In this document: positions 36,873-46,874 of the stretch, in pieces
Numbering within the stretch: the stretch's first letter is position 1
Layout: each line of letters begins with the position of its first letter
DNA from: Micavibrio sp.
GTDB lineage: Bacteria; Pseudomonadota; Alphaproteobacteria; Micavibrionales; Micavibrionaceae
Length of the DNA: 56,420 nt
Reading direction: 5' to 3'
Assembly (NCBI GenBank): GCA_002708415.1
Contig: PANS01000027.1
Coordinates: 1-56,420, forward strand
The notes under the pieces: generated by a model
What the model was told of the DNA's origin: nothing
Database searches by the model: none
What the model saw: only the letters and a program-made list of their open reading frames with translations
Made by a program: the position numbers and the translations under genes

Positions 36873-37475
36873 ATGAGTGTAGAAAAATTTACAGCTAAAA
36901 CACCGAACAACAAGCCTTCACGCGCAGAAGCGGAGGCCGCAGTAGAAGTTCTCTTACGTTGGGCTGGTGAAGATCCCTCGCGCGGCGGATTATTAGAAAC
37001 GCCAGCGCGCTATACACGTGCGTTCGAAGAATTTTTCTCTGGCTACGGCGAAGATGCCGCCAAAGAGCTTTCAAAGACTTTTGATGATATCGAAGGCTAT
37101 GATGACATGGTCATCGTTAAAGACATCGAGTTTACCTCGCACTGCGAACATCACATTGCCCCTATTATTGGTAAAGCCCACGTTGCTTACTGGCCGAATA
37201 AAAAGATCGTCGGTATTAGTAAGCTTGCCCGCATCGTTGATATTTATTCGAAACGCCTAACCTCTCAAGAAAACATGACACGCCAAATCGTTGATGTGAT
37301 TACAGATACATTAGAGCCAAAAGGTTGCGCGGTGATGATCGACGCCGACCACCAATGTATGAGCATACGCGGCGTTAAAAAAACATGTTCTTCAACAGTA
37401 ACGTCATCTTTCTCTGGCGTGTTCAAAAACGACGCCGAAATACGTGGGCGTTTTATGGAGATGATTAAGAGCTAA
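36873..37475 (+). CDS. folE: GTP cyclohydrolase I
   Basis: Blocks present are ETPARYTRAFEE, FTSHCEHHIAPIIGKAHVAY and HQCMSIRGV. Confidence 0.93.
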   Translation: MSVEKFTAKTPNNKPSRAEAEAAVEVLLRWAGEDPSRGGLLETPARYTRAFEEFFSGYGEDAAKELSKTFDDIEGYDDMVIVKDIEFTSHCEHHIAPIIGKAHVAYWPNKKIVGISKLARIVDIYSKRLTSQENMTRQIVDVITDTLEPKGCAVMIDADHQCMSIRGVKKTCSSTVTSSFSGVFKNDAEIRGRFMEMIKS

Positions 37476-38557
37476 TGAAATTTACTTTTCCAAAATGGTA
37501 TGATCTTCACGCACATTTTCGCCAAGACAACATTTTAACAGCGACTATTCAATCCCATCTTAATATGGCCTGCGCAGGCATTCTTGCCATGCCCAACACC
37601 AAGCCACCTGTAACACGCGTTACTGGAGAGAATACAAATCAATACTGGACAATCGAAAGCTATAAAGCAGAATTAGAGCGCGCAAGTAACGGGCAGTTTT
37701 TAGACATCATCGTACCGCTTTACCTTACAAAAGATACTAATGCCGAAATGATTAAAGAAGGCGCAAAATCAGGGCTTTTAAAATCATGTAAATATTCCCC
37801 GCCGCACGGCACAACCAATTCTGAATTTGGCGCGCCGATAAAAACATACATGGAAAATGGTGTTTTTCAGGCTATGAGCGATGCGGGCGTTATTCTCAAC
37901 ATCCATGGTGAAGAGCACGGCTTATCGGGCGAAGATTATTTTGGTGAAAATTCAAATGCCGAAGATTACTTCTACAAAAACTATGTTCCCGAAATCGTAA
38001 AACAATTTCCAAATTTAAAAATTGTTTGTGAGCATATCACGACAAAAACAGCCGCCGACTTTGTTCAAAATGCGGGTGATAATATTGCTGCAACAATCAC
38101 ACCACAGCATCTTCTTTATACGGTGGCCGATCTCTTACAAGGTCTAAAATATCATCTTTACTGCTTGCCACTTGTAAAATTTGAGAAGGATAGGCAAGCG
38201 CTTTTAAATGCCGCGACATCTGGTCATGCTAAATTTTTTGCTGGAACAGATAGCGCGCCGCACACAACCAAAGCAACAGAATGCGGATGTGCCGCAGGGT
38301 GCTTTACAGGTGATATTGCCCCGCAACTTTATGCCGAAAGCTTTGACCTTGATGAAAGTAACAAAGAAGCCTTTGAAAACTTCCTTTGCCTCAATGGTCC
38401 AAAATTTTATGGCTTATCGCTTTCGGACGAAACTTTTACACTCGAAAAAATGCCGCAAGAATTTCCAAACCTCAAAGTCGGCAATCAAGAAATTATTCCT
38501 TTAACAAATGGTATGGGACGCCCTTCTTTAGCATGGAGCCTATCGAAACATGACTAA
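37475..38557 (+). CDS. pyrC: Dihydroorotase (E. coli PyrC type)
   Basis: It is colinear with E. coli PyrC blocks: [48 protein letters not shown] and NGPKFYGL. The start shares one nt with the folE stop (TAATG). Confidence 0.88.
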   Translation: MKFTFPKWYDLHAHFRQDNILTATIQSHLNMACAGILAMPNTKPPVTRVTGENTNQYWTIESYKAELERASNGQFLDIIVPLYLTKDTNAEMIKEGAKSGLLKSCKYSPPHGTTNSEFGAPIKTYMENGVFQAMSDAGVILNIHGEEHGLSGEDYFGENSNAEDYFYKNYVPEIVKQFPNLKIVCEHITTKTAADFVQNAGDNIAATITPQHLLYTVADLLQGLKYHLYCLPLVKFEKDRQALLNAATSGHAKFFAGTDSAPHTTKATECGCAAGCFTGDIAPQLYAESFDLDESNKEAFENFLCLNGPKFYGLSLSDETFTLEKMPQEFPNLKVGNQEIIPLTNGMGRPSLAWSLSKHD

Positions 38558-38918
38558 AGCCGATGAAACAAAAGAGTTACAGCTTAAATTTGATTCTAAC
38601 GGCCTGATCGCTGCAATCGCGCAAGACTATCAAACCAAAGAAATCCTCATGCTTGCTTGGATGAACATCGAAGCCTTTAATAAAACGCTCGAGACAGGTG
38701 AAGCGCATTATTGGAGCAGATCACGTCAAGAACTATGGCATAAAGGCGCAACAAGCGGCTCTATTCAGCATGTGAAAGAAATACGTATCGATTGCGATCA
38801 AGATGCGCTTGTCATGCTCATTGATCAAAAAAACAGCGGTGCCTGTCATACAGGAAGAAGATCTTGTTTTTATAGAACTATACAAGAAGATGGATCGCTA
38901 ACATTTACCAACGCGTAA
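38550..38918 (+). CDS. hisI: Phosphoribosyl-AMP cyclohydrolase (monofunctional HisI)
   Basis: Blocks present are MLAWMN.EA...T...G.A.YWSRSR.ELW.KG.TSG..Q and DCDQDAL......[10 protein letters not shown]. It overlaps pyrC by 8 nt. Confidence 0.9.
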   Translation: MTKADETKELQLKFDSNGLIAAIAQDYQTKEILMLAWMNIEAFNKTLETGEAHYWSRSRQELWHKGATSGSIQHVKEIRIDCDQDALVMLIDQKNSGACHTGRRSCFYRTIQEDGSLTFTNA

Positions 38919-39154
38919 AGGCCTAAAACTCAACAATTTAAGAAAATTTTCAGATAAATTTTTGATTATTTTTATTAAATTTTTATCTATCAGAAAAAAC
39001 TCTATATTTTTCAATAGGTTCGTACTATCATCGCATTAGGCAATTCTGCCTATCCATAGTCAAAAGTAACTGCTTATTAAGAGTTTTATACTATCCTAGA
39101 ATAGGAACAATATGACTTACCTAACGGCTTAAAAAGGTATGCGGGGAAAAATAA

Positions 39155-41311
39155 ATGGCATTTAGCACAGGAATTTTTGCTAAAAATAAAAAAGCAACTG
39201 TAGAAAGTGCTTCAAAAGCAAACTACAAACCCCTATCCAAAACATCAGCAAAAATATGGCGTAGCCGTATTAGCTGGCGTATTACAAGCGCTGTCTTTTT
39301 AACAATCATGGCTATTCAGGCTGTTGTTCTCTCTCTAACTCTAGACCAAAAAGAACAACAAATATTAAATGTTGTTCGAGAAGTTGGCCGATCTTCTATT
39401 GCCTCCACGCTAACAGAAACCATGAAATTTTTAGAAACACCTTTCACACAAGAAAAGGCCGATCGTCTTATTTCATCAACGATCGTCAATGGTTTTACCG
39501 TTTACACAACAGATTTATTACTCCTTGGATCATACGGCGAACCCGTTTCTATGGTTATGCTTGATCAAGAGAGCCTATCCAAAACATACCGTACAAATGA
39601 TGGCGGATCATACGAAGTTGTGTATCGACCAAATGATTTATCCCGCCCTTATATTATTGTCGCGCGCCTAAACTCCGACAAAGTAGCGCCACAACTTTTC
39701 AACTTTGTTGAGCAAACTATTATTATTATGTTGCTTATGTCCTTATTGGTAACAACCGTCTTAATGATTGCGCTTGGCCATTGGCTATTGGAACCAATTT
39801 TGTTTATGCGCAACAATCTGATAACCGCAGCAAAAAATCCAGAAAATCCTAAAATCTCTGAATCTCCTTACGGCACAGCAGATGAAATTGGGGATACAAT
39901 TGCTCTTGCACAGAAACTAATTCACCAAAACTCAGACAACATGATGCAAGTTCGAAGTGCCGCTGAAGATAAAATTCACAAACTGGCTTACTTTGACACA
40001 CTCACAGGTCTGCCAAACAGAACATTATTTATACAAAAATTCACCGAAATGGCATTTAATGTCACTGATGATAAATCACCCCGCCTTGCCGTTATTACAA
40101 TGGACTTGGATCACTTTAAAGACATCAATGATTCGATGGGGCACAATGTTGGTGATGCAATTTTACGTGGTGTTGGTAAAAGACTGCGAAACTCTCTTCC
40201 TGACCATGCCATCGTGGCAAGATCTGGAGAGGATGAATTTTCTATTACAATGCCACTTAGCACTGATTTAAATACAGGAAGAGATGTTGCTGAAAAAGTA
40301 TCTGCAATTATTCGTGAAGAACCTTTCAAGGTTTATAATGAAAACTTCCAAGTACGGACATCAATCGGTGTTTCAACTTTCCCAGATGATGGTAAAGACC
40401 CTAGTGAAGTTCTAAAACATGCCGACATTGCGCTTAACCGTGCAAAAGAAGAGGGGCGTGATCGCGTTAAAGAATATACAGAGGACTTTGACAAAGCCGT
40501 ACAAGCACGCTTCCAACTTCTGCGTGATCTGCGTGACGCTCTTGAAAACAAAGAACTCACAATCTTTTATCAACCGCAATTTGATTTAAACACAGGCGCA
40601 ATCATTGGTGCCGAAGCGTTACTACGTTGGTGGAAAAAAGACGATAGTAAAGAAGGGGGGCACTATATTTCTCCCGTTGAATTTATTCCAATTGCTGAAC
40701 AATCTGGTCTCATCGTTCCCATTGGTGAATGGGTTTTAGAAGAAGCATGCCGTACGGCAAAAACATGGGAAGACGCCGGAAAAGAAATCCGCATTGCCGT
40801 TAACGTATCTGGCGCACAATTCTTCCAAAGTGATTTGGTTGGACATACGAAAAACGTATTAAAAAGAACAGGTGTAAAACCACAAATGGTTGAGCTTGAA
40901 GTTACCGAAAGCGTCTTCATGGACGACATAAACATTGCCATTAACACACTAAAAGAACTGCATGAGCTTGGCGTTGAATTAGCCATTGATGATTTTGGAA
41001 CAGGATACTCTTCTCTTTCATATTTAAGACAGTTCAATATTGATCGCCTAAAAATTGATCAATCATTCATCCGCAACGCGCTTACAAATGACGATGATGC
41101 AGCTATTGCGCGTACAATTGTTCGTCTTGGGCATTCACTTAATCTCAAAGTTATTGCGGAAGGTGTGGAAACTAAAGAACATGAACAGTTCCTCGTCGAT
41201 GAAGGCTGTGATGAGGTTCAAGGATTTAGATATTCTAAACCTGTTCCTAAAGATGAGTTCTGGGAGTTTGCAACAAGTTATGACGGCAAGCTTTCCTCTT
41301 TCGGGGCATAA
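39155..41311 (+). CDS. Membrane sensor protein with GGDEF (variant GEDEF) and EAL domains
   Basis: Two TM segments flank a roughly 150-aa extracytoplasmic region. The GGDEF domain has LTGLPNR...DLDHFKDINDSMGHNVGD...ARSGEDEF. The EAL domain has intact EALLRW, NVS, ELEVTES, DDFGTGYSSLSYL, KIDQSF, AEGVET and QG motifs. Confidence 0.88.
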   Translation: MAFSTGIFAKNKKATVESASKANYKPLSKTSAKIWRSRISWRITSAVFLTIMAIQAVVLSLTLDQKEQQILNVVREVGRSSIASTLTETMKFLETPFTQEKADRLISSTIVNGFTVYTTDLLLLGSYGEPVSMVMLDQESLSKTYRTNDGGSYEVVYRPNDLSRPYIIVARLNSDKVAPQLFNFVEQTIIIMLLMSLLVTTVLMIALGHWLLEPILFMRNNLITAAKNPENPKISESPYGTADEIGDTIALAQKLIHQNSDNMMQVRSAAEDKIHKLAYFDTLTGLPNRTLFIQKFTEMAFNVTDDKSPRLAVITMDLDHFKDINDSMGHNVGDAILRGVGKRLRNSLPDHAIVARSGEDEFSITMPLSTDLNTGRDVAEKVSAIIREEPFKVYNENFQVRTSIGVSTFPDDGKDPSEVLKHADIALNRAKEEGRDRVKEYTEDFDKAVQARFQLLRDLRDALENKELTIFYQPQFDLNTGAIIGAEALLRWWKKDDSKEGGHYISPVEFIPIAEQSGLIVPIGEWVLEEACRTAKTWEDAGKEIRIAVNVSGAQFFQSDLVGHTKNVLKRTGVKPQMVELEVTESVFMDDINIAINTLKELHELGVELAIDDFGTGYSSLSYLRQFNIDRLKIDQSFIRNALTNDDDAAIARTIVRLGHSLNLKVIAEGVETKEHEQFLVDEGCDEVQGFRYSKPVPKDEFWEFATSYDGKLSSFGA

Positions 41312-41357
41312 AACATAATATATTGATGTTTAAGATTCTTACGCTTATAAACGCCTT

Positions 41358-42713
41358 ATGAGCCAAAGCACATCACCTACACCATTTTCTTCCTCGCGAT
41401 GCGATAAAATATCAGGGCACGCTGATGTCCCTGGAGATAAATCTATATCGCATCGTTCTCTTATGTTTGGTGGCATAGCTATTGGAGAAACCAAAATAAC
41501 AGGATTATTAGAAGGTGAAGATGTTCACTGTACTGCTGAAGCCATGCGCCAAATGGGCGCGCGTATTAAACGCGAAAAAGACGGCACATGGATTTGTAAT
41601 GGCGTTGGTATAGGTGGCTTAAAAGAGCCAGAAAATGTCCTAGAAATGGGTAATAGCGGAACATCTACACGCCTTCTCATGGGGCTTGTAGGTGGTCACC
41701 CTATTCAGGCGACCTTTGCTGGTGATTCTTCATTAAGTAAACGCCCAATGAATCGCGTCATTACCCCCTTAAAAGAAATGGGCGTCGAAGTTAGCGCGCG
41801 TGAAGGCGGACGCCTACCTCTTACCATCAAAGGTCCTGAAACATTACAACCGATTGAATACAAACTTCCTGTGGCTTCCGCGCAGGTAAAATCTGCGGTT
41901 CTTCTAGCTGGTTTAAGCGCCATGGGGCACACAACAGTTATCGAAAAAACGCCTACACGTGACCATACTGAAAATATGCTCCGTCATTTTGGTGTACGCG
42001 TTGATGTTGAGAACATACAAGACGACGCACAGAAAATTTCTGTCACAGGGCAACAAGATCTTATTGCCGCCGATATTACCGTTCCAAGTGATCCTAGCTC
42101 CGCGGCTTTTCCTGTTGTCGCTGCGCTAATTAACGAAGGATCAGAAATTACGCTTTCCAATATTCTAATGAATGATCGCCGCACGGGTCTATATGAAACA
42201 CTCATCGAAATGGGCGCTGATATTTCTTATGCTAACGAACGTACAGAAGGTGGCGAGCCTGTCTGTGATATGACTGTTAAAGGCACGAATACGCTTAAAG
42301 GCATTACCGTTCCTGAAGGTCGCGTACCCAGCATGATTGATGAATTTCCAATTCTTGCCGTAGCCGCCTCTTGCGCGCAAGGCACCACCTATATGAGCGG
42401 CCTAGAAGAGCTCCGCGTCAAAGAAAGCGACCGCTTACTCATGATGGCTGAGGGCTTAAAATCCTGCGGCGTAACCCTAGAAATGGGCGAAAGTACACTC
42501 ACAATTTATGGTACAGGCACGCCGCCAAAAGGGCTCGAAAAGGGTAAAAAAATTGAAACCGCCCTTGATCACCGCATCGCGATGAGCTTTCTAATCTTGG
42601 GAACGACAACAGATAACCCTGTTACCATCGACGATGTCGCCCCTATTCAAACGAGCTTTCCAAATTTTGTTGAACTCATGAATAATTTAGGTGCAAATCT
42701 AAAAACTGCTTAA
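41358..42713 (+). CDS. aroA: 3-phosphoshikimate 1-carboxyvinyltransferase (EPSP synthase)
   Basis: Blocks present are PGDKSISHRSLMFG, GNSGTSTRLLMG, LSKRPMNRV, SAQVKSAVLLAGL, RVKESDRL and DHRIAMSF. Confidence 0.94.
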   Translation: MSQSTSPTPFSSSRCDKISGHADVPGDKSISHRSLMFGGIAIGETKITGLLEGEDVHCTAEAMRQMGARIKREKDGTWICNGVGIGGLKEPENVLEMGNSGTSTRLLMGLVGGHPIQATFAGDSSLSKRPMNRVITPLKEMGVEVSAREGGRLPLTIKGPETLQPIEYKLPVASAQVKSAVLLAGLSAMGHTTVIEKTPTRDHTENMLRHFGVRVDVENIQDDAQKISVTGQQDLIAADITVPSDPSSAAFPVVAALINEGSEITLSNILMNDRRTGLYETLIEMGADISYANERTEGGEPVCDMTVKGTNTLKGITVPEGRVPSMIDEFPILAVAASCAQGTTYMSGLEELRVKESDRLLMMAEGLKSCGVTLEMGESTLTIYGTGTPPKGLEKGKKIETALDHRIAMSFLILGTTTDNPVTIDDVAPIQTSFPNFVELMNNLGANLKTA

Positions 42714-42714
42714 A

Positions 42715-43320
42715 CTATTGCGCTTCATCTGGCCGCCAACCCGCTTTCCATTCCTTTAAAGGAATAACGTACGGCGCTTTTCCATTTGGCTTGTAAAAGC
42801 TATCAAACACATAAAGCTCATTCGTTTTTAAATCACGTACAGCAACCGCATTATGCGGCCAAGCGCCATCAATAAAATAGCCACGATGCACAGCGCGTTC
42901 ATAGGCATTATGTTTCAAAAGACCCGTATCACGAATAAACGTCATATAAAGCGCATTATTGGCGGTCTCATCGATGCAATCCATTTGAAAATCGTTTTCA
43001 GGCTTTCCGCGCGCCTGCGCTAAATCAACATTTGTTCCTGATTTTTTGCCGGCGAGCTTTTCAATGTCGCCCATCACCTTGGCAAGAGCCGTACGTTCGG
43101 CTTCCGCCGATTTAAATGAGCGTTTTAATGGCCTTAAAAGCCCCGCCCACTCTTTATTGCTAAAAGTGACAGGCGTTTGAAACTGGCAACTATAACCATG
43201 ACAAACGCGAAAATCGTTTTTCGTCGGCCCGTACGTATAATAAGGGCCTAAATTTATGCCCGCCGTACTTCCGCAAGCGCTCAAAACAAGCGTAAAAAGA
43301 ATTATTAGTATGTTTTTCAT
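42715..43320 (-). CDS. Hypothetical lipoprotein (201 aa; start moved to MKNILI)
   Basis: It has a lipoprotein signal peptide (MKNILIILFTLVLSAC). The long upstream extension of the listed ORF runs antisense through the cmk start and is not credible. Candidate Cys/His/Asp positions are DCIDETAN, PHNAVAV and VFDS. Confidence 0.6.
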   Translation of the reverse strand: MKNILIILFTLVLSACGSTAGINLGPYYTYGPTKNDFRVCHGYSCQFQTPVTFSNKEWAGLLRPLKRSFKSAEAERTALAKVMGDIEKLAGKKSGTNVDLAQARGKPENDFQMDCIDETANNALYMTFIRDTGLLKHNAYERAVHRGYFIDGAWPHNAVAVRDLKTNELYVFDSFYKPNGKAPYVIPLKEWKAGWRPDEAQ

Positions 43321-43392
43321 CTTAAGTCTTTGCATTTTTCCGTTATATCCGCCAAAAATAGGCTTCAAATTTAAAAAGAAAACTCTTTTATC

Positions 43393-44040
43393 ATGAAAAA
43401 ACCATTTGTCATTGCAATTGATGGTCCTGCCGCTAGCGGTAAAGGCTCTCTGGCTAAAAAACTTGCGGAGTATTTGAATTTTGACTTTCTTGATACAGGC
43501 GCGCTTTATCGTCGAGTCGCGCTTTATGTCCTCAAACAGGGTATTGCTCTTGATAACACAGAGAAAATCATTAAAGCCGCGCAAGAATTTCAAAAAAACC
43601 TCTCTGAACCATACGATGATGCCACGCTTCGACGTGACAATGTTGGCAATGCCGCCTCTCATATCGCGCAAATCCCTGAAATCCGTCAAATTTTGTTCGA
43701 TTTTCAGCAGAATTTCGCCCAAAATGCTAAAAAAGGGGCTGTCTTAGATGGGCGCGATATCGGAACTGTTATCTGTCCTGATGCCGACCTGAAGCTCTTT
43801 ATTACGGCCTCAACCGAAAAAAGGGCTCAAAGACGCCATAAAGAGTTGCATTCCCGCGGTTTAGACGTTAAGTATGAGGCCGTTTTGGCGGAAATGCAGG
43901 AACGGGATAACAGGGATAATGTTCGTCTTAAAGACCACATGAGACCCGATATAGATAATCATCTGATCGATACATCAGATATGGGTCCGGATGAAGTTTT
44001 TCAAAAGGCTCTTGATATTTATAATTCCTCTTCCAGATAA
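43393..44040 (+). CDS. cmk: Cytidylate kinase
   Basis: It has the P-loop IAIDGPAASGKGS, plus LDTGALYR and LDGRDIGTV. The aroA/cmk/rpsA neighbourhood is conserved. Confidence 0.92.
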   Translation: MKKPFVIAIDGPAASGKGSLAKKLAEYLNFDFLDTGALYRRVALYVLKQGIALDNTEKIIKAAQEFQKNLSEPYDDATLRRDNVGNAASHIAQIPEIRQILFDFQQNFAQNAKKGAVLDGRDIGTVICPDADLKLFITASTEKRAQRRHKELHSRGLDVKYEAVLAEMQERDNRDNVRLKDHMRPDIDNHLIDTSDMGPDEVFQKALDIYNSSSR

Positions 44041-44167
44041 CGTATTTCTTCAAAACTAAAAGAGCGTTAATTGCTTGGCCTCTGCCCACTAGTTATCTTG
44101 TGGCGCAGACTCGCCGGAAAAAAGTTTTTTGCGTTCTTATATTACTTTTCGAAAGGAATTATCTATT

Positions 44168-45880
44168 ATGGCACATACAGCTGCACATTTAAAAGATAAA
44201 ACTGAATCGGCCGAGTTTGCTGCCCTTCTCGACGGTTCTATGAATTCACAAGACTCTTTTACAGGGAGTGTTGTTAAAGGCACAATTATTGAAGTACAAA
44301 GCGACGCGGTTATCGTTGACGTCGGTTTGAAATCTGAAGGACGTATTCCCCTTCGCGAATTTAGCATGCCAGGACAAGATCCTGAATTGCGTAAAGGCGA
44401 TGAAGTTGAAGTGTTCGTAGAGCGCATGGAAAATCGCGATGGTGAAACGGTTCTTAGCCGTGAAAAAGCACGTCGTGAAGAAGCATGGGTTGAACTTGAA
44501 AAATCAAGTGAAAAAGGCGAACGCGTTACTGGTATTATCTTTAACCGCGTTAAAGGTGGTTTCACTGTTGATCTTGGTGGCGCGATTGCGTTCTTACCAG
44601 GTTCACAAGTTGATATCCGCCCTGTTCGTGACGTATCTCCACTTATGGGTACGCCGCAACCTTTCCTTATTTTAAAAATGGACCGTCAGCGCGGAAACAT
44701 CGTTGTTTCTCGTCGTGCTGTTCTTGAGGAAAGCCGTGAAGAAGCAAAGAGTGATCTTCTGGATAACATCCAAGAAGGCGCAGTCGTTCAAGGTATCGTT
44801 AAAAATATCACGGACTACGGTGCATTTATCGACCTTGGCGGTTTGGACGGGCTATTGCACGTGACAGACATTTCATGGAAACGCGTAAACCACCCATCAG
44901 AAATGCTTTCAGTTGGTCAGAACATTGACGTTCAGATCATCCGTTACAACCAAGAAAATCAGCGTATTTCACTTGGTATGAAACAACTGGAATCAGATCC
45001 TTGGGAAGGTATTGATCTTAAATACCCAATCGGCGTGAAGTACAAAGGTCGTATTACTAATATTACGGACTACGGTGCTTTCGTTGAACTTGAAGATGGT
45101 ATTGAAGGTCTTGTTCACGTTTCTGAACTATCTTGGACTAAGAAAAATGTACACCCAGGTAAAATCGTTTCTACTTCTGAAGAAGTTGAAGTGATGGTTC
45201 TTGAAGTGGACATGGAAAAACGTCGTATTTCTCTCGGCCTGAAACAGTGTCAGGAAAACCCTTGGGAAGACTTCGCGAACAAGTTCAAAGTTGATCAAGA
45301 AATCGAAGGCGAAATTAAAAACATTACTGAATTCGGTCTATTCGTCGGTGTTGACGAAGAAATCGACGGTATGGTTCACCTTTCTGATCTTTCTTGGGAA
45401 GACCAAACAGAAGATGCTCTTAAGCCATTCAACAAAGGGGATATGGTTAAAGCCAAGATCCTTGACATTGACCCAACAAAAGAACGTGTAGCTCTTGGTA
45501 TCAAGCAGCTTACAGAAGATCCTTTTGAAGGGGCAATGAAAGGGATGGCAAAAGGCGCGGTTGTTACTTGTACTGTTTCTGAAATCACACCAAATACTGT
45601 TGAAATCACAGTAAATGAAGGTGTTACAGGGACAATTAAGAAAAACGATCTGTCTTCTGAGCGATCAGAGCAACGTACTGACCGTTTCGCTGTTGGCGAG
45701 AAGGTTGATGCTAAAATCATCACTGTGGATCGTAAGAACCGCAAGCTGACACTTTCTATCAAGGCGCATGAACTTGAAGAAAACAAAGCTGCTCTTGAAG
45801 CGTTTGGTTCAACTGAAAGTGGTGCGTCACTTGGAGATATCCTTGGTGCAGCACTAAACAAATCAGACGAGAAAAAATAG
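44168..45880 (+). CDS. rpsA: 30S ribosomal protein S1 (start moved to the MAHTAAH ATG)
   Basis: It has six S1 OB-fold repeats (G.V..I.DYGAF..L.G..GL.H.S..SW pattern repeated). AAAGGA lies upstream of the ATG at 44168. Confidence 0.95.
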   Translation: MAHTAAHLKDKTESAEFAALLDGSMNSQDSFTGSVVKGTIIEVQSDAVIVDVGLKSEGRIPLREFSMPGQDPELRKGDEVEVFVERMENRDGETVLSREKARREEAWVELEKSSEKGERVTGIIFNRVKGGFTVDLGGAIAFLPGSQVDIRPVRDVSPLMGTPQPFLILKMDRQRGNIVVSRRAVLEESREEAKSDLLDNIQEGAVVQGIVKNITDYGAFIDLGGLDGLLHVTDISWKRVNHPSEMLSVGQNIDVQIIRYNQENQRISLGMKQLESDPWEGIDLKYPIGVKYKGRITNITDYGAFVELEDGIEGLVHVSELSWTKKNVHPGKIVSTSEEVEVMVLEVDMEKRRISLGLKQCQENPWEDFANKFKVDQEIEGEIKNITEFGLFVGVDEEIDGMVHLSDLSWEDQTEDALKPFNKGDMVKAKILDIDPTKERVALGIKQLTEDPFEGAMKGMAKGAVVTCTVSEITPNTVEITVNEGVTGTIKKNDLSSERSEQRTDRFAVGEKVDAKIITVDRKNRKLTLSIKAHELEENKAALEAFGSTESGASLGDILGAALNKSDEKK

Positions 45881-45910
45881 ATTTTCTCTTCATAATTTCT
45901 AAGAATTTAA

Positions 45911-45936
45911 GCCGGAAAGCAATTTCCGGCTTTTTT
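45911..45936 (+). terminator. Rho-independent terminator after rpsA
   Basis: The sequence is GCCGGAAA-gcaa-TTTCCGGCtttttt. Confidence 0.85.
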
Positions 45937-46146
45937 CTTGCCTAAAGGGAAAATATAACGTCATTTAATAAAAAGGCCTCCGATTCGCAAAACCTTGATA
46001 AAAAAGGATTTTTTTCACCTTTTGCTTGACGTAACCCCCTAAACAGAGTCATCATAGAGGTATTGGTTCACTAGTATTTTTTTGTATCGTCTTTATCAGT
46101 CATAAAAAGTGACAATATAAAGCAAGCAGGGTAGGAGCGAAACACG

Positions 46147-46482
46147 ATGACAAAATCAGAGCTTATTCAGCGCCTGGCAGAGCGTAATCCACATCTTTTC
46201 CTTCGCGATGTTGAAAAGATCGTTGATACGGTATTTGATGAAATATCCAGCACCATGGCAAATGGTGATCGAGTGGAGCTTCGTGGTTTTGGCGCATTTT
46301 CCGTTAAACACCGCGATGCACGCACAGGCCGCAACCCGCGAACAGGAGAAACTGTTCAGGTTGAAGCAAAACGTCTTCCTTTCTTTAAAACTGGTAAGGC
46401 TCTACATGAAAAATTAAACGCGCCAAAGAAAGATGATCTTCAAGTACCAGAAGATAATTTTTACAACCCACTTTCTGATTAA
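46147..46482 (+). CDS. ihfB: Integration host factor beta subunit
   Basis: It has the HU/IHF fold: [17 protein letters not shown] and the arm [11 protein letters not shown]. Confidence 0.9.
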   Translation: MTKSELIQRLAERNPHLFLRDVEKIVDTVFDEISSTMANGDRVELRGFGAFSVKHRDARTGRNPRTGETVQVEAKRLPFFKTGKALHEKLNAPKKDDLQVPEDNFYNPLSD

Positions 46483-46520
46483 CACATAGCTTTATGCTAC
46501 GATTATAAGGCCTCATTACA

Positions 46521-46874
46521 ATGGCATTCCTCAAATGGATATTTGCGCTTCCTTTTATTTTCGCTGCCGTTGCCTTTGCCGTTGCCAATCCTGATACAAT
46601 CAGCCTGAACTGGTCTCCTTTACACGATAAAGTCACACTACCCATCTACGCTGTAGTTCTAAGCTTCCTTGGTATCGGCTTTTTATTAGGCTCTATCATA
46701 ACGTGGTTAGGCATGAGCAAAATCCGCGTTGAACGCCGCACATTCAAACGAGAGAACAAAAAGCTCGAAAAAGAACTTAATAGACGCGAAAAAGAAACAG
46801 CTGAAATTACTAAAACCGATCCCCTATCAAAAATGATTGAAAAAGATAAAAAAGAGACAGAAAAATTTTCATGA
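46521..46874 (+). CDS. LapA-domain (DUF1049-like) inner-membrane protein
   Basis: It has two N-terminal TM segments and then a charged coiled tail. Its position after ihfB is conserved in alphaproteobacteria. Confidence 0.7.
   Translation: MAFLKWIFALPFIFAAVAFAVANPDTISLNWSPLHDKVTLPIYAVVLSFLGIGFLLGSIITWLGMSKIRVERRTFKRENKKLEKELNRREKETAEITKTDPLSKMIEKDKKETEKFS

Noticed and set aside
43321-43722. Long N-terminal extension of the minus-strand ORF 42715..43722, running antisense across the cmk start
   Set aside because: A clean lipoprotein signal peptide begins at the internal ATG (43320). The extension overlaps the well-supported cmk gene and has no protein-like features.
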